Part shown: positions 12,843-26,670 of the stretch, one piece after another
How the letters are laid out: each line of letters opens with the position of its first letter
Numbering within the stretch: the stretch's first letter is position 1
Assembly (NCBI RefSeq): GCF_036321535.1
Contig: NC_087437.1
Location: 36,520,001 to 36,584,000, forward strand
DNA: 64,000 bases
Direction: 5' to 3'
From: Camelus dromedarius
Lineage: Eukaryota
Notes under the pieces: generated by a model
Told to the model about the DNA's origin: nothing
Databases searched by the model: none
The model's input: the letters and a program-made list of their open reading frames with translations, nothing else
Position numbers and translations under genes: made by a program

Positions 12843-14552
12843 ACAGTGGAATATTATTCAACCATAAAAAGGAGAAAATCTTGCTATTTGTGACCACTTG
12901 GATGGATTGGATGGACCTTGAGGGCATTATGCTAAGTGATATAAGACAAAAAAAAGTACTGTGTGATCTCAGTAATATGTAAAATTGAAAACAAACAAAC
13001 TCATAGATAAAGAAAACAGATTAGTCGTTGCCAGAAACCAGGGGTCAGGGGATGGGAAAAATGGGTGAAGGTAGTCAAAAGGCAAAAAACACTTCCAGTT
13101 GTAGGATAAATATATTTTGGAGATATAATGTATAGCATGGTGACTTTAGAAAAGAAAAAAAATTTTTGGCATTTGAGTGTCTCTATTTTTAAACACTTAA
13201 ATTTACTTTTTGTCCTTAACTATTCCAATAAAATTACATCACACTGTTCTCCTCTTTCCTGGGATAACATATTCCTGAGACTTAAGTACTACTGGACAAC
13301 TTCTCTTCTAATTTATATTCGTTCTCATTCTGTCTTTTGGCTAGACAAATTTTAATTACTCTTACCAAGGAAACCCCAGGACAAATAGACTGTTTATGGC
13401 TTTACTGAAGCCAGAAACAGTGTTTAAACAGCTTGCATCCATGATTGAACTTTGAACATATTTTGACTTCCTTGCTTCCTTTACTTACAGCTACTCTTCC
13501 AAGTTCAGTACTCCAGCATCCCTGTCTATTCAGGTTACAAATATATCCATCCATTAAAGTCCTCTTGTACTTAGGAATACATGGTTTCTCTTACATATAA
13601 CCAATAACCTGGCTCATATAAAAATTGATACCAGATGTTAAGTTGTAGATAAAAGAATATGATCATTAACTGATTCTCTGGTCCTTTAGGAGCAAAATAT
13701 GATGAAAATCTTCAGAGAAAATACTTAAGAAATGGAACCCTCCCAGCCCAAGTCAATCAGTGCCAAAATAGCTAATTAAATAATTGATTGTAGTGATCTT
13801 AAATGAAATATCAATTGAAACATAGGCTTTAGAGGACTCATCTGACATTGCCATAAACTTTATGAAGGAAGTGAGGAATTTAAGGATTATGATTTTAAGT
13901 GTTTGCATTAAATTTTCATAGGCAATGTGAATAAAGAACCACAAGCTTGAATCTATAAATTGTCTAGTTCAAAGCAGGGACTGAGAATCCGGACTTCCTG
14001 TTAACATACTAAAAGTGTTTTCTTCTGAGCTGCAGGGCTGTGGTAGTGGAAAGCAAATGTTGAGTTTGATCCTTTAGAAGGTCACTTTATAATCTCGGTA
14101 GAATGAATAGCTTCACTAGGTTTAAGATAAAGAAATTTTTAAAATGATAATAGCCTTGAGAACTTGAAAATGTTATATAAGAGATTCTAAAAACACAGAG
14201 TATATCAAAATATCAACCACCATTGAGTCTCACTTGTCTGTTGAGGCTGGTTTATTCTCCTGCTAGAAGATCTTTTAATTTCTCAGTGTGAGACATATAC
14301 CATCCAAAAACAGAAGGAATCAAGTTATCCCCATGACCCATGTTCCCTCTCCTCAGATTTTGTTTTTTTCCCCAGACATACAATTAAGTCATATTTCAGC
14401 ATGCGCTATGTTCATTTACAAAGTCAAACCTAAAATATGATACATAATTGAAGAATTTTATATCAGCAAAAATTTATAGAATATAGTAGGAATAGATTCC
14501 TAGTGGAACAAAGCAAATACACAAAATTATAATTTATTTACTCATTATCTTT

Positions 14553-15869
14553 TTTTCCAATTTGGATGACTTTTTTTTTTTAACATTTTTTATTGATCTA
14601 TAATCATTTTACAATGTTGTGTCAAATTCCAGTGTAGAGCACAATTTTTCAGTTATACATGAACATATATATATTCATTGTCACATTTTTTTCTCTGTGA
14701 GCTACTATAAGATCTTGTATATATTTCCCTGTGCTATACAGTATAATCTTGTTTATCTATTCTACAGTTTTGAAATCCCAGTCTGCCCCCTTGGCAACCG
14801 CAAGTTTGTATTCTATATCTATGAGTCTATTTCTGTTTTGTATTTATGCTTTGTGTGATTTTATTTATTTTTCTTTAGATTCCAGATATGAGTGATCTCA
14901 TATGGTATTTTTCTTTCTCTTTCTGGCTTACTTCACTTAGAATGACATTCTCCAGGAGCATCCATGTTGCTGCAAATGGTGTTATGTTGTCGGTTTTTAT
15001 GACTGAGTCGTATTCCATGGTATAAATATACCACTTCTTCTTTATCCAGTCATCTGTTGATGGACATTTAGGCTGTCTCCATGTCTTGGCTATTGTAAAT
15101 AGTGCTGTTATGAACATTGGGGTGCAGGTGTCATCCTGAAGTAGGGTTCCTTCTGGATATATGCACAGGAGTGGGATTCCTGGGTCATATGGTAAGTCTA
15201 TTCCTAGTCTTTTGACGGATCTCCATACTGTTTTCCACAGTGGCTGCACCAACAGTGCAGCAGTGTAGGAGGGTTCCCCTTTCTCCACAGCCTCTCCAGT
15301 ATTTGTCATTTGTGGATTTTTGAATGATGGCCATTCTGACTGGTGAAAGGTGATACCTCATTGTAGTTTTGATTTACATTTCTCTGATAATTAGTGATAT
15401 TGAGCATTTTTTCATGTGCCTATTGATCATTTGTATGTCTTCCTTGGAGAATTGCTTGTTTAGGTCTTCTGCCCATTTTTGGATTGGGTTGTTTGTTTTT
15501 TTCTTATTAAGTCGTATGAGCTGCTTATATATTCTGGAGATCAAGCCTTTGTCAGTTTCATTTGCAAAAATTTTCTCCCATTCTGTAGGTTGTCTTTTGT
15601 TTTACTTATGTTTTCCTTTGCTGTGCAGAAGCTTGTAAGTTTCATTAGGTCCCATTTGTTTATTCTTGCTTTTATTTCTATTGCTTGAGTAGACTGTCCT
15701 AGGAGAACATTTTTGAGCTGTATGTCAGGTAATGTTTTGCCTCTATTTTCTTCTAGGAGATTTATTGTATCTTGTCTTATGTTTAAGTGTTTGATCCATT
15801 CTGAGTTGATTTTTGTGTATGGTGTAAGGGAGTGTTCTAGTTTCATTGCTTTACATGCTGCTGCCCAGT
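14553..15869 (-). mobile_element. Young 5'-truncated L1 with a short 3' extension
   Basis: 144-aa ORF2 C-terminal ORF; TSD ttta(c/t)tcattatcttt at 14537-14552 and 15870-15885. Confidence 0.95.
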
Positions 15870-16089
15870 TTTATTCATTATCTTTAAGTAGGAAGAGATA
15901 ATAGATCATCTTTTATTAAACAGTAAAACTGAATATGTTTCTATGAAACATAAATGTACATGCCTTACATATGTATGAAATATAAAATAAAGCATAAACA
16001 ATGAGCAATATACTTTTAGATTCAGCTGTGTCAATTAATACATAATGCACAAATATTTATTGAGTTAAATGTGATAGTTCACACAGTTG

Positions 16090-16400
16090 AGAACTGTCCT
16101 TATAATTTCCCCAAGTGGACATTCAGGTGATGCAAATGAAATGATTTTGAGATTATGTTAATTCCTAGAATAATATAGAGATAAAAATATGAAAAATAGG
16201 GATCCTGCAATGGATCTATCTTGTGAAATCTTATTGTTCAACTCCTTAAACACATTTCCTTTTATTATTCCAGGAGACATCCTCTCCATCAAGGCTTGAG
16301 AAAAATATTGTTTTGGAGAGCACCTACATCTTTTTTTTTAATTGAAGTATATTCTGTTACAATGTGTCAATTTCTGGTGTATAGAATAATGTACCAGTCA

Positions 16401-16440
<40 letters not shown>

Positions 16441-18030
16441 GTATTCATTTTCATATTTTTTTCATTAAAGTTTATTACAAGATATTCTCTGTGCTATACA
16501 GAAGAAACTTGTTTTTTATCTATTTTTATATACAGTAGTTAACCTTTGCAAATCTCAAGCTCTCAAATTTATCCCTTCCCACTCCCTTTCCCCTGTTAAC
16601 CATAAAATGGTATACTATGTCTGCGAGGTCTGTTTTCGTTAATAGGTGAGTTCATTAATGTCTTTTTTTTTTTTTTTTAAGATTCCACGTATGACTGATA
16701 TCATATGGTATTTTTATTTCTCTTTCTGTCTTACTTACCTAGAATGATGATCTCCAGGTCAATCCATGTTGCTTCAAATGGCATTATTTTATTGTTTTTT
16801 TATGGTTGAGTAATATGCCTTATATAGATATACCATAACTTCTTTATCCAGTCATTTGTTGATAGACATTTAGGTTGCTTCCATGCCTTGGCTATTGCAT
16901 ATAGTGCTGCTGTATCTTTTCTAATTAGAGTTCCCTCCATATGTATACCCAGGAGGAGCACCTGCATCTTTGAAGAGTGCTTAGTGGATAATCTCTGAAT
17001 ACTGGAGATACAGGAGGGAGGCATAATAATTGAACTAATCTCTCTGCTTTTTTTGGTAACTGTAGTATTCCAGCATCCTAGAGGTCAAATAATAGCATTA
17101 GCAACAGAGGGAATGTAAGGATGATTTTAGCAGTAGGCAGCAAAGTTAGCATGGATGTCATAATAGCCTAATAATGTATTTTTAGAATTCACTGATTGAT
17201 CATGGAGTTTTCGAGACCTAAATAGGTCAACAGCTCACAAAGGCCTATCTTTATTTTCATAAGTTAAAAAGTCTAGTTCTGCTATCATAAAGCCACTCAC
17301 TTTCAAGAGCTTTGTTTTGAGTTTAGCCACCTGGAGTAATATCAGTGAAGGGAGATGTTGTAGAAGGACCCTACAATAACAACACAATTATATTCTGTGA
17401 ACTTTTTCTCCAAGTCTCCTTGTCAGTGGCCAGTGGACATTAACCAAGCTAATTTTACTGGAAAAGGAAATGGTGAATATTTTAGATTATTGGACATTGA
17501 AAACTGAACAGAAACTAATTTCTGACAACATACAATGCAAGTGTGATCCATTAGTCAAATGGAAGCTTCTGGGGTGATCACTAATTTTAACCAATATGCA
17601 CTTTGCAATAGATCAAATAAAATCTAGATCTGAACAAATCCCTACAAGGGCTTCCAGGTCTACAAAGTTAAAAATATGATGGAAAACTTGTTAAGCCAAG
17701 ATCCTTGGAACACCCTCCCTACCAAAAAAATGAATGAAAACAACTCCATGATCCTGAGGACTGTAAATATTAGTACCAGTATCAAAATTTTTAAAATATT
17801 TCTGTTGCATAATGATTTCTGTCACCTCCTTGAGTAGATTTCATAATTTGAATGTAGGTGAATCTTGGAGAAGATAACTGATTGTAATAAATTTAATAAG
17901 ATGACATATTTTAACTGTAATTGCTATTCCAAGTGAGAAATCCTTCTTGGAGTTTTTCACAGTACAATATAGACTTTTGTACTTAGCATGCAGTTATGTT
18001 TTGGCAAATGCTTATTTTCTTTATGACAAC
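16090..18030 (+). mobile_element. Degraded ERVL internal region (gag-pro-pol), interrupted by L1
   Basis: Protease-like LLD motif (~17488) and RT-like SWR...KFN and LANA motifs (17860-18020). Confidence 0.65.
16334..16955 (-). mobile_element. 5'-truncated L1 3' end
   Basis: TSD gagcacct(a/g)catcttt at 16318-16333 and 16956-16971; polyT; internal (TA)n. Confidence 0.92.
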
Positions 18031-18065
18031 AATTCTCTAAGTGTGGACTGAGGGACCCTGTTGGG

Positions 18066-18069
<4 letters not shown>

Positions 18070-18119
<50 letters not shown>
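18070..18119. repeat. (TG)n microsatellite
   Basis: Direct read. Confidence 0.97.
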
Positions 18120-18121
<2 letters not shown>

Positions 18122-18629
18122 GGGCTAAAGCAAATTATTGCTTTTTTATTTAATGTATGTGATTAATCAAGAGAGATGGCTCTTGAGAATCTGGGGGTCT
18201 GTGAGGACAGAACTATTATAGAGTATAGAATATTTGCTTTTTTCAATTTGGTGACATTTGCACAAGTGATACCTAAGAAACAATGGATGAAACTGTGGGC
18301 ATATTAGCACAAATCGTTCTAGTGGCCCTTAAGAGAGGAAAATTAATATGATGTTGGAAGCCAGAAAATAATGCATCAATGCTTTGCAAATTCTGAAGAA
18401 AATAATGTTTAACCTTAGTTTTTGTTTTTTTAGATTTTTAATTTTTTTCAAAAGAAGTTGTCCCATGCTAGAAACTTAAACTAGTTTATATTTTTCATTT
18501 ATTTTTAATTATAATCACAGAGATTAATTATTTATAATTATAATATTTTTAATTAAAATCATACATCTTAAAAATGTAGAAAGTGGAAGAATTTGGGACA
18601 AATTTGCCTTTTGAATACATTACACTTAC

Positions 18630-18705
18630 CTGAAAAAAAATACAAGCCCAAACCAAATTAAATGATCACAGTTAAAGTGACCCTTGAATCATAATTGGCC
18701 TGTTT
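18630..18705 (-). pseudogene. Exon (KQANYDSRVTLTVII*FGLGLYFFS)
   Basis: actgtag| acceptor (alternative at 18699); CAG|GTAAGT donor; 76 nt, phase 0-1; TAA at 18658-18660. Confidence 0.65.
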
Positions 18706-19294
18706 CTACAGTCAGTAAGTACAAATGATTAGTAGAATTTAATTATTCAAGATTATCATTCAGCTCTCACTTTTAATTTCATGGTGGCCATTATTAACTA
18801 CTGACGTCTTAATGTCTTCAGAATATCAACTAAAATTTGTTTTCCAAAATTTATTTCATCAAAATTTTTATAATAATAAAAGCAAGAGAAAAAAAGCAAT
18901 AAATTTATTATTGTAAATTTTAAACTGTTTCTCTTTAAAGTTCTCAAATCCTAGAGTCCATGCATATTTGTATATAGATTTTATTAGTTGTAATTATAAA
19001 ATAAATATAATTTTTCATCCTTTTTTTATTTAACATTATATTTTTTTATTATCATGCTGTTATATCCATTTTATGCTAAAATCCACAACTACATTAAAGA
19101 ACAACTGTGTATTATCAACTCAATAATGCAACTTATATTTCCATAATCAACACAGGGTACCTAATATAATATTAACTTATACATTGTATTTACTATGCAG
19201 GAAAAAACTGATTCGTGATTCAATTTATTTTCATAGATTAAGGATAAATATTACTCTGGTAGCCTTGCTTCAAAAACCTCATTACTGACTTTAC

Positions 19295-19440
19295 CTTAGA
19301 ACTAGATGATATTTTCTCAAGATTTTGCACTGATTGAAATTTGATATGAAACAAAAGAGATATATTTTCTATTAGCACCAGTTTAAAGTTTGAAAATTCA
19401 AATGTACTATTATACAGTGGTTGAAAACATTCAATCCTGT
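19295..19440 (-). pseudogene. Exon (DRIECFQPLYNSTFEFSNFKLVLIENISLLFHIKFQSVQNLEKISSSSK)
   Basis: ttcctactgcctttag| acceptor; AAG|GTAAAG donor; 146 nt, open, phase 1-0; C2-like PxYNxTFxF motif. Confidence 0.75.
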
Positions 19441-21064
19441 CTAAAGGCAGTAGGAATGCATATTCAAAATGTTTCAAATGCTGTACCATAATAGTACATT
19501 TCCTAGTCCTGTTATGATTGCAGAATAAATATACTTTCATTTCAGTTTGTTATTTTAGAGATATGTCTTGTGGGTAAGAAAGAAAGTAATAATTTCTTGT
19601 CACAAGTAAGCTATAATTATGTGTATTTATATTTAACCTTTGTAGACACTACTCATTAGCATCTAGTTGTACCCGTATACGTTTTGATATACAACTTTTG
19701 TATAATGCCAGTAATGACTATGGTAATCTTTGACTTGCAACTTTTTTTTTTTCTTTATAAGTATCACATTAGTGTCAGAGAGCAAACTTCTAAGAACAAG
19801 TTTCGGGTAGCAGCCACATCTTTTTCTACTATTATAATAAATTCAGTCATGTGAATACCACTTTCAGAAAACATCTGCTCTTTTATTATAAAATTGAAAG
19901 ATAATCTTGAAAGAACTGATCCTCAAGAGCAAATGCTGAACAGGAAGAACATAGAACAGCACTGACTCATGGAAAAATCAAACTGATAAAATAAAAGGAG
20001 GAGAGAGATCTAGCTACTCTTCCTTTTCACATCTTTAATGACAAATAAAATTAGAACCCTCTCATCAACTGATTTTACTGTCTTGAAATCAAAGGCAAGT
20101 GGAGCACACCATCAAAAAGAAATATGCATTCTTTTCTAAGTAGCTGTTTGATTCCTTTCATCATTTGTCATCACCTTTATGTAGGTTATGTATTATTAAC
20201 AATAACATTGTATAGATTTTGGAAAATTGAAATAAATTTTGTCACCTTGACATATTTCTCAGTAGCTCATACATAACAAATATGTGTTGGATTTAGGGAC
20301 TCACAGCTGTTTTTATCCCTTTAAAAGTGTTTACAACTTTGTTCTCATTTTAAAATGTGTTTATTGGAATAAAAAATAAGTAGAAAATGCTGAAATTAGA
20401 GCAAACATAAAGGTTCAATTTTGCTTATGAATAGATTATTGTGTAATATGTTCATGACTATAGACAAGCTATTTTCATCTTTTAGAGGGAGTATAATAGA
20501 CGTTTTACCCAAATCTTAAAATGTTATCTCTTTAGTTTGCAGACATTAAAATACCATGCACATTAAAAACAAAAAGAATATAAGAGAAAATAAAATTTTC
20601 ACATTTCATTTCACACTACTACTAGACACCCTAACACTAAAATTAAATATAACATTTTATTCTGTATTTAGATATGTGTGTTTGTACAGTTGGTATCCAC
20701 ATCATAATCAATGATTGCTTTCATTACTTAAAGGGACATTTCTCTTTTCTGGTACATATAATATAATTGTATTCTGTGGACATCTAGTTGAGCATTATTA
20801 TCTTATGTAATTCAAAATGAATTTATCTGACTCTGATCAATAGTTCCACTAGGATTGTGGTATAACAATCTGGTTGAAAAGACCAGCCTCAACTTGCAGT
20901 ATTTCTTACTAGAGAAAGGTCCTTAGGGAAGAATGGATTTTCCATCCTGTTTGGGACTAATCATTCTCCTGCCAATAACAGATCTTGCATTATCTTGTGA
21001 TAGATTAAAAAAGTGCTAGTCTAATATTGCACCCAATTTCTAAGTTTCTCAGGTACTCACTTAC

Positions 21065-21170
21065 CTAAAATGATTACATAAATGTGACTTGGCTTATTAA
21101 TCCTCCTTCTTTCTAATTTGTTCTTTGTTTCTTCAGCAGTTTTCAAAACACAATTATTTGAAAAAACTCA
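21065..21170 (-). pseudogene. Exon with inferred 1-nt deletion (NEFFQIIVF/LKTAEETKNKLERRRINKPSHIYVIIL)
   Basis: gtatttacag| acceptor; TAG|GTAAGT donor; 106 nt where 107 would join phase 2 to phase 1. Confidence 0.7.
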
Positions 21171-22264
21171 CTGTAAATACAGCACTAACATTTACCCATT
21201 AAGGTTAGCTACTCGCTAATAAAGTTCTACATTTATTTTTCAAGATAGATTTAAGTTAAAAACATTAAATTATTTATCCTTATTTTTTAAAAATTGAAGA
21301 ATTCAACACCTGCTAAGCAGAAGCTCTTAACTGAAAAAATATAAACAAATGAAAATGAGCTTTATTGTGATTAATAATTGAGGTCAGTAATGATATAACA
21401 GATTTGTATAATGTATGATACTGAGTTATTTCTTTTTAATCTTATTTAATTAAAATTTTTAATCTAATTTAAAAATTTTAAGATTTTTTTAAAGTACGAG
21501 ATTTCTGTTCTAAATTATTTATGAAACTAATTTTGAATAAACTTGTTTTTGGTTTCTCTATGGATAGTACTTTGTATATATTGCTTTTTGTCAGGATTTC
21601 CTATTAGATAGAAAGGACAGTGTAGAGTTTAAAACAAAAACAAACAGAAAACAGGAAAACACAGATTTGAAAAGTTTCTTGGAAAGCCCTGCAGTTGTAA
21701 TTACTGTCACATGAAACTGATTCATATCAAATTTGTAAGCAATCTGGTTGAGACGTCAAGAGATTTGGGAAAAAACGACACTCCCCAACCCCCAAACCCC
21801 AAGTAAGTAAGTGATAGGACCAAATAACTCTTGAGTATTTGAATCTAAAAATATTCTTGGCATGATCTTTTGTGGTAGAGTGGGCCACGAAAGCTCTGCA
21901 GACTCCAAGGGGCACATCCCCCAATACTGATTTTTGCTGTCACTGCAAAGGAAAATGAGAGGAAGAACTTCCCAGTGGTAAAGAAGGTTTCCCCAAAACA
22001 CAATGGGGAAGTAAACTCCCTTTAAAGAGTAGTGTCTGATCATGCTAGGAAACATCCTCAAATATTTAAAAGAAACTTCAGAATATAAAGAAAGAAGAAA
22101 CATCCTCAACTTATTATATGAAATCAGCATAATCCTAATATCAAAATTTACTAAGATATTTTAAGTAAATAAAATTATAGACTAAGATTTTTCATGAACA
22201 AAAGCATACATCTTTAAAATACTGACAAAAAGAAGTCTATCAATATTTTTAGAAAAGATAAAAC

Positions 22265-22490
22265 AGAGAGGAGTTTGGCTTAACAGATACACACTACTAT
22301 ATATAAAATAGATAAACAACAAGGACCTACTGTATAGCACAGAGAACTGTGTTTAATTTCTTGTAATAACATATAATGGAAAAGAATCTGAAAAGATAAA
22401 ATATATGTGTATGTAAATGTATAACTGAATCACTTTGCTGTACACCTGAAACTAACATTGTAAATCAACTGCACTTCAATAAAAAAGGCA
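22265..22490 (+). mobile_element. L1 3' end
   Basis: aacaaggacctactgtatagcacag...gtaaatcaactgcacttcaataaaaa. Confidence 0.85.
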
Positions 22491-22892
22491 AAAAACTCTT
22501 AAACCTCATAGTAACCATTTAGAATAAGCAACAATATGATTATATTTTATAAGGAACTAGAAATTTTAGAATGGATGATCATACATTTAATGTCTCTAGT
22601 TTATTCAACATTATAATTTAGAGCATCTGTACCTTAGATGTTTTATCCTTTTGCAAAAACTATTTTGCTAATATGTTTGAAATAAAGGGCAAAGCAGGAG
22701 ACACATGAGCATGCATTTAAAATGATGATGATGTTATTATTGTTGTAGTTTAGTTCTGGTCACATTTCTTTAAAACTTTCATTGACATGGTTTTGTCATA
22801 TAGCTTGACTTATAGCTTGCTGTACAGACCTCTTCTCCATAATCCGAGGTGTTTCTAGCCCAACCTCTGCATTTGATATTGCATGTGACTTT

Positions 22893-23125
22893 TTTTTAAA
22901 AAATTTTACCATAACTTTTATTTTATTTTTTTAACAGTATAACATTTTTATTGATTTATAATCATTTTATAATGTTGTGTCAAATTCCAGTGTAGAGCAC
23001 AATTTTTCAGTTATACATGAACATATATATATCATTGTCACATTTTTTTCTCTGTGCACTACCATAAGATCTTGTGTATATTTCCCTGTGCTATACAGTA
23101 TAATCTTGTTTATCTATCCTACAGT
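22893..23125 (-). mobile_element. Short young L1 3' end with 3' extension
   Basis: TSD ttgcatgtgacttt at 22879-22892 and 23126-23139; near-identical to 14581-14770. Confidence 0.92.
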
Positions 23126-23959
23126 TTGCATGTGACTTTGATAAGATAAGCAATAATTTTTCTCTCAATGCTGTTTAGGATTATTATTATTATTATTATT
23201 AACTATAAATGTCTAACACCATGAGCATCTTTGCATTTTTCCTAATTATAACATTGCTTGAATGTATTTCTAATATGCTCTTATACCACCCTTATTCTGT
23301 CCTGTAAATATTAAACCTTTAGTTTTGCTATAGTAGCAATAAGTATAAATTTTTAAAGAATGCAGGCAGTTCTCCAGATTTCCAGATTTTAGGATTCAGT
23401 AGTTATGATCCAGATTTAGTGCAGTAGAGGCAAGTGATCACAATTTGGCACCCCAGTTAGAGCATAATCCTCTATCCCATTTAGCATCGATTCGATAAGC
23501 ATAACTCAAAACAACTAAACCTTCATATTCAACTTATAAGCACAGAAAATACTAAAATTTAGTCTATCAGCGATTCTTTAGTTCTCTAAATTTTCTATGA
23601 TCTGATACATTGTTATTTTTACATATGTGCTTCTTTTGTGTGCTTGAGCCTGTAAGTTTTTCAACATTTAATTCTTTCATTAAGAGTGAATGAATATGTC
23701 ATATTTGATATTTACCAAGATTTTGATACTAGTTTGCTGTCGATTTATTGGGAGGTTATAAACATTATGAAAACATGCATAACATTGTAAACTTTATAGA
23801 AACAAACAAAATTTTAATATTTAAAATAGATAGCAAAAATTCCCTTTTTTGTTTATTTCTGCAAGAGATATAGATAGGATATGCAGCATTAATGTTCAGT
23901 TCTGAAAGTCAAGTAGTTATTTAATGTATGGCTGATCAGAACTATTTTACGATTTTTAC

Positions 23960-24025
23960 TTCATGTCATATTTTAACTGTCGTTTTTCATCTGTTGCTTC
24001 TTCAGAATAATGATATAAATGCCAC
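23960..24025 (-). pseudogene. Exon (KWHLYHYSEEATDEKRQLKYDM)
   Basis: ttcttcttaatacccag| acceptor; GAA|GTAAAA donor; 66 nt, open, phase 2-2. Confidence 0.7.
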
Positions 24026-24677
24026 CTGGGTATTAAGAAGAATTTTGAATGCCTCACATGAATAACAACATAATTGTAGTTGTCAAAGGTGCTTTGATTA
24101 ATGTACTGGAGAAAATCAGTTAGGCTTCACACTCTGAGTTTTAGACTTCTTTAAGCTGGTTTACAGAATATCATAACTCTCATTCTTATGATTCTAAGCC
24201 CTGCTTGGAAGCTTTGTATATATCTTAGTGATTATGTGAAGAGCCCAAGTGGCAAAACAGTTGCAAGCTATCTTCTTGCTTCACTCTACATTTTACATTA
24301 AAAAAAAATAACAAACAATAAGCTGTTGGAATTATCTATGCTCACAAGAGAGCAACTCACAAAAAATATTTGTGTACCTAGGCAGTATCTATGACTAGTC
24401 ATTACCAAATGAAAACAAATTATCTATAAAAAATTAATGTTAACAGAAAAATCCTGAAAGAGATTTCATATTTTAGAAATATCATCTTGATTAAAAAAAA
24501 CATACTATTTAAAAGAAGAATATTAATTAAGCCCTGGTATTCAATGCTAGATATCACAATCAAATGCTGTGTTTTGTTTGTGGTATCACTGCTTGTTAAC
24601 ACACTAATGATATGACAGTTGTGCTATGGTTAATGTGATCTTGAAATCACTTCGAGAAATGATCAAACAGTACTCAC

Positions 24678-24719
24678 TTTCTTTTATGTGTTGATAACAA
24701 AGGAGGAAAACAGAAATAT
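24678..24719 (-). pseudogene. Exon (RYFCFPPLLSTHKR)
   Basis: attattttgtgtag| acceptor; AAA|GTGAGT donor; 42 nt, open, phase 2-2. Confidence 0.65.
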
Positions 24720-26491
24720 CTACACAAAATAATTATTTTTGAAATCCACTGTCTTGAAGGGATGTTAAAAGTTGTTGAGATTTCCTATAATGAGAAACAG
24801 GGAGCCATAAAAGGATTTATAGTTACTTGTTTACTGACTCTTTAAAACATGTTCTTTACAGAAACCAATGAGAATGTTCACACCCTTAAACTGTTCCTTA
24901 ATATTATTTTGAAAAACTAGAGTTATAAGGTTTTTCACTTGCTTCTTTCTGAGTCTATAATGGTAGGCATCTTAAGAGAATTTGTAAACATAAGGAAAGC
25001 ATGGTAAAAGCGTTCATCAAGGATTTCCTTATATAATAATAAACCCATAAATAATGCTGCACCAAAACATCTTTCTCTGGTATTGGTATCATCATATCAA
25101 CAATTTGCTTATAATAGTGAATTTTAATATAGCATATAAATATGATTCATTTTTAATATAAAATGTAGATCCTGTAATTTTTATAATTGTAGATATTTAA
25201 CTGAAATATTCAAAAAACAGTTGCAAAGAAATTGAAGCCAAAATACATATCATTAGGGGATAAAATTGCTTCTTTAGGAGAACAAAATAAGCGAAGGTAA
25301 ATGAGGATACTCACTTGTTTGGAGCAGAATTCCTTCTGGTGAGTACTGTTTGGTAGGAGTGAATAGAGTCGCAAAGGGTGAATTGTAAAGCATAAGAGCC
25401 AAACTAAAAGGAATGGGTTTTATTCTTTGAAAAACCTGGGCAGAGGCTGAAGTGACAGAATTCTCTCTCCTATAAGAATATAGGATAGCATGATGGAATT
25501 AACCTCTAAATACATAGTTTGTCTTGAAGTTGGGAAAGGAAATCACTAGATGGCATATACAAAGAGAGCACACAAAACTGTGAGGTGAGCATAAATGGAA
25601 TTCAGAACTGAAGGGGCGTAAAAAAAGAGATTATATAATAAGGAATCAGATTTAGCCTCTCTGATGATAGAAGTTGAGACTTCAGACTTGCTCATCATGG
25701 TGAGTAAGAAAAGAATTCCCTACATTAACTCACATGCACTGTCAGTCACTTCTCTAAAATGGACACTAGATCAACCCCAACTATCAATCTGGGGTGCAGT
25801 GAAGAAAGTGGCTAAAGAATAAGGAGGAAAGGGATCTCCTATAACAATAACCTAAGGTATGGGGCAGTCATTGATTTAGACTTCAGATTTTCACTATCCA
25901 TATTGTCCAATAACCTTTCAAAATTAAACATTGATAGTAACTAAATTCAGCAAAAATTTCCTCACATCAATGTCAACCATCCAAATTATGCATATGCTAC
26001 AAACACACACACATTCTTTGAGGATGAAACATAATTATAAACTGCCATGAAAGAGAATCAACAAATTAAATACATGATACATGGTCAAATTACAGTTTTG
26101 AAGCATAAAATAATAAAACAACCAAAATATATTTCTACATAAACATATTTAAAACATTCAGAATGAATGGGAAAGGATCCATTATGTAGTAAAGGAAAAC
26201 TGAACAAAACAAGGAAATGGAAAATCTAGAAAAAAAAGTTAAAAATAAGTATGAATTTTTTGAATTTGTAGAGTGGTAGCACTACAGATAATTAGCTGTT
26301 TAAAAGGATTATTACCTAGAATACAGGACATAAAACAATATACAGAAAACATGAAAGAGAATTTTAAAAAGAATATAGAGTAGGAAACTTCATTAAGATC
26401 TAGTAGGAGTTCCTAAATGAGAAATAGTGGAAGAGCAAACTTAGAAGAATCAATAATCAAGAAAACAGGGAGATAAGAAATTCTCCTAAAT

Positions 26492-26670
26492 GCTGTTGAG
26501 CATTTTTTCATGTGCTTATTGATCATTTGTATGTCTTCCTTGGAGAATTGCTTGTTTAGGTCTTTAGCCCATTTTTGGATTGGGTGTTTGGTTGTTTCTT
26601 ATTAAGTCGTATGTGCTGCTTATATATTATGGACATCAAGCCTTTGTTGGTTTCATTTGCAAAAATTTTC
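26492..26670 (-). mobile_element. Internal fragment of young L1 ORF2 (no polyA or TSD)
   Basis: Closely matches 15397-15575 in this window. Confidence 0.88.

Larger units (their letters stand above)
11215..13150 (+). mobile_element. L1 ORF2 3' part and 3'UTR, interrupted by a SINE, an LTR and (CA)n
   Basis: L1 ORF2 peptides (TPKAKATKEKINK; FTIAKTWKLPKGPSVDEWINKMWY). Confidence 0.92.

Noticed and set aside
18624..18650. Recursive-splice-like site (T)8CAG|GTAAGT on the minus strand; a similar one lies at 21059-21070
   Set aside because: Better explained as donors of phase-compatible exons.
19238..19540. 100-aa ORF as a single-exon gene
   Set aside because: Only 19295-19440 is bounded by splice sites; the rest is intronic read-through.
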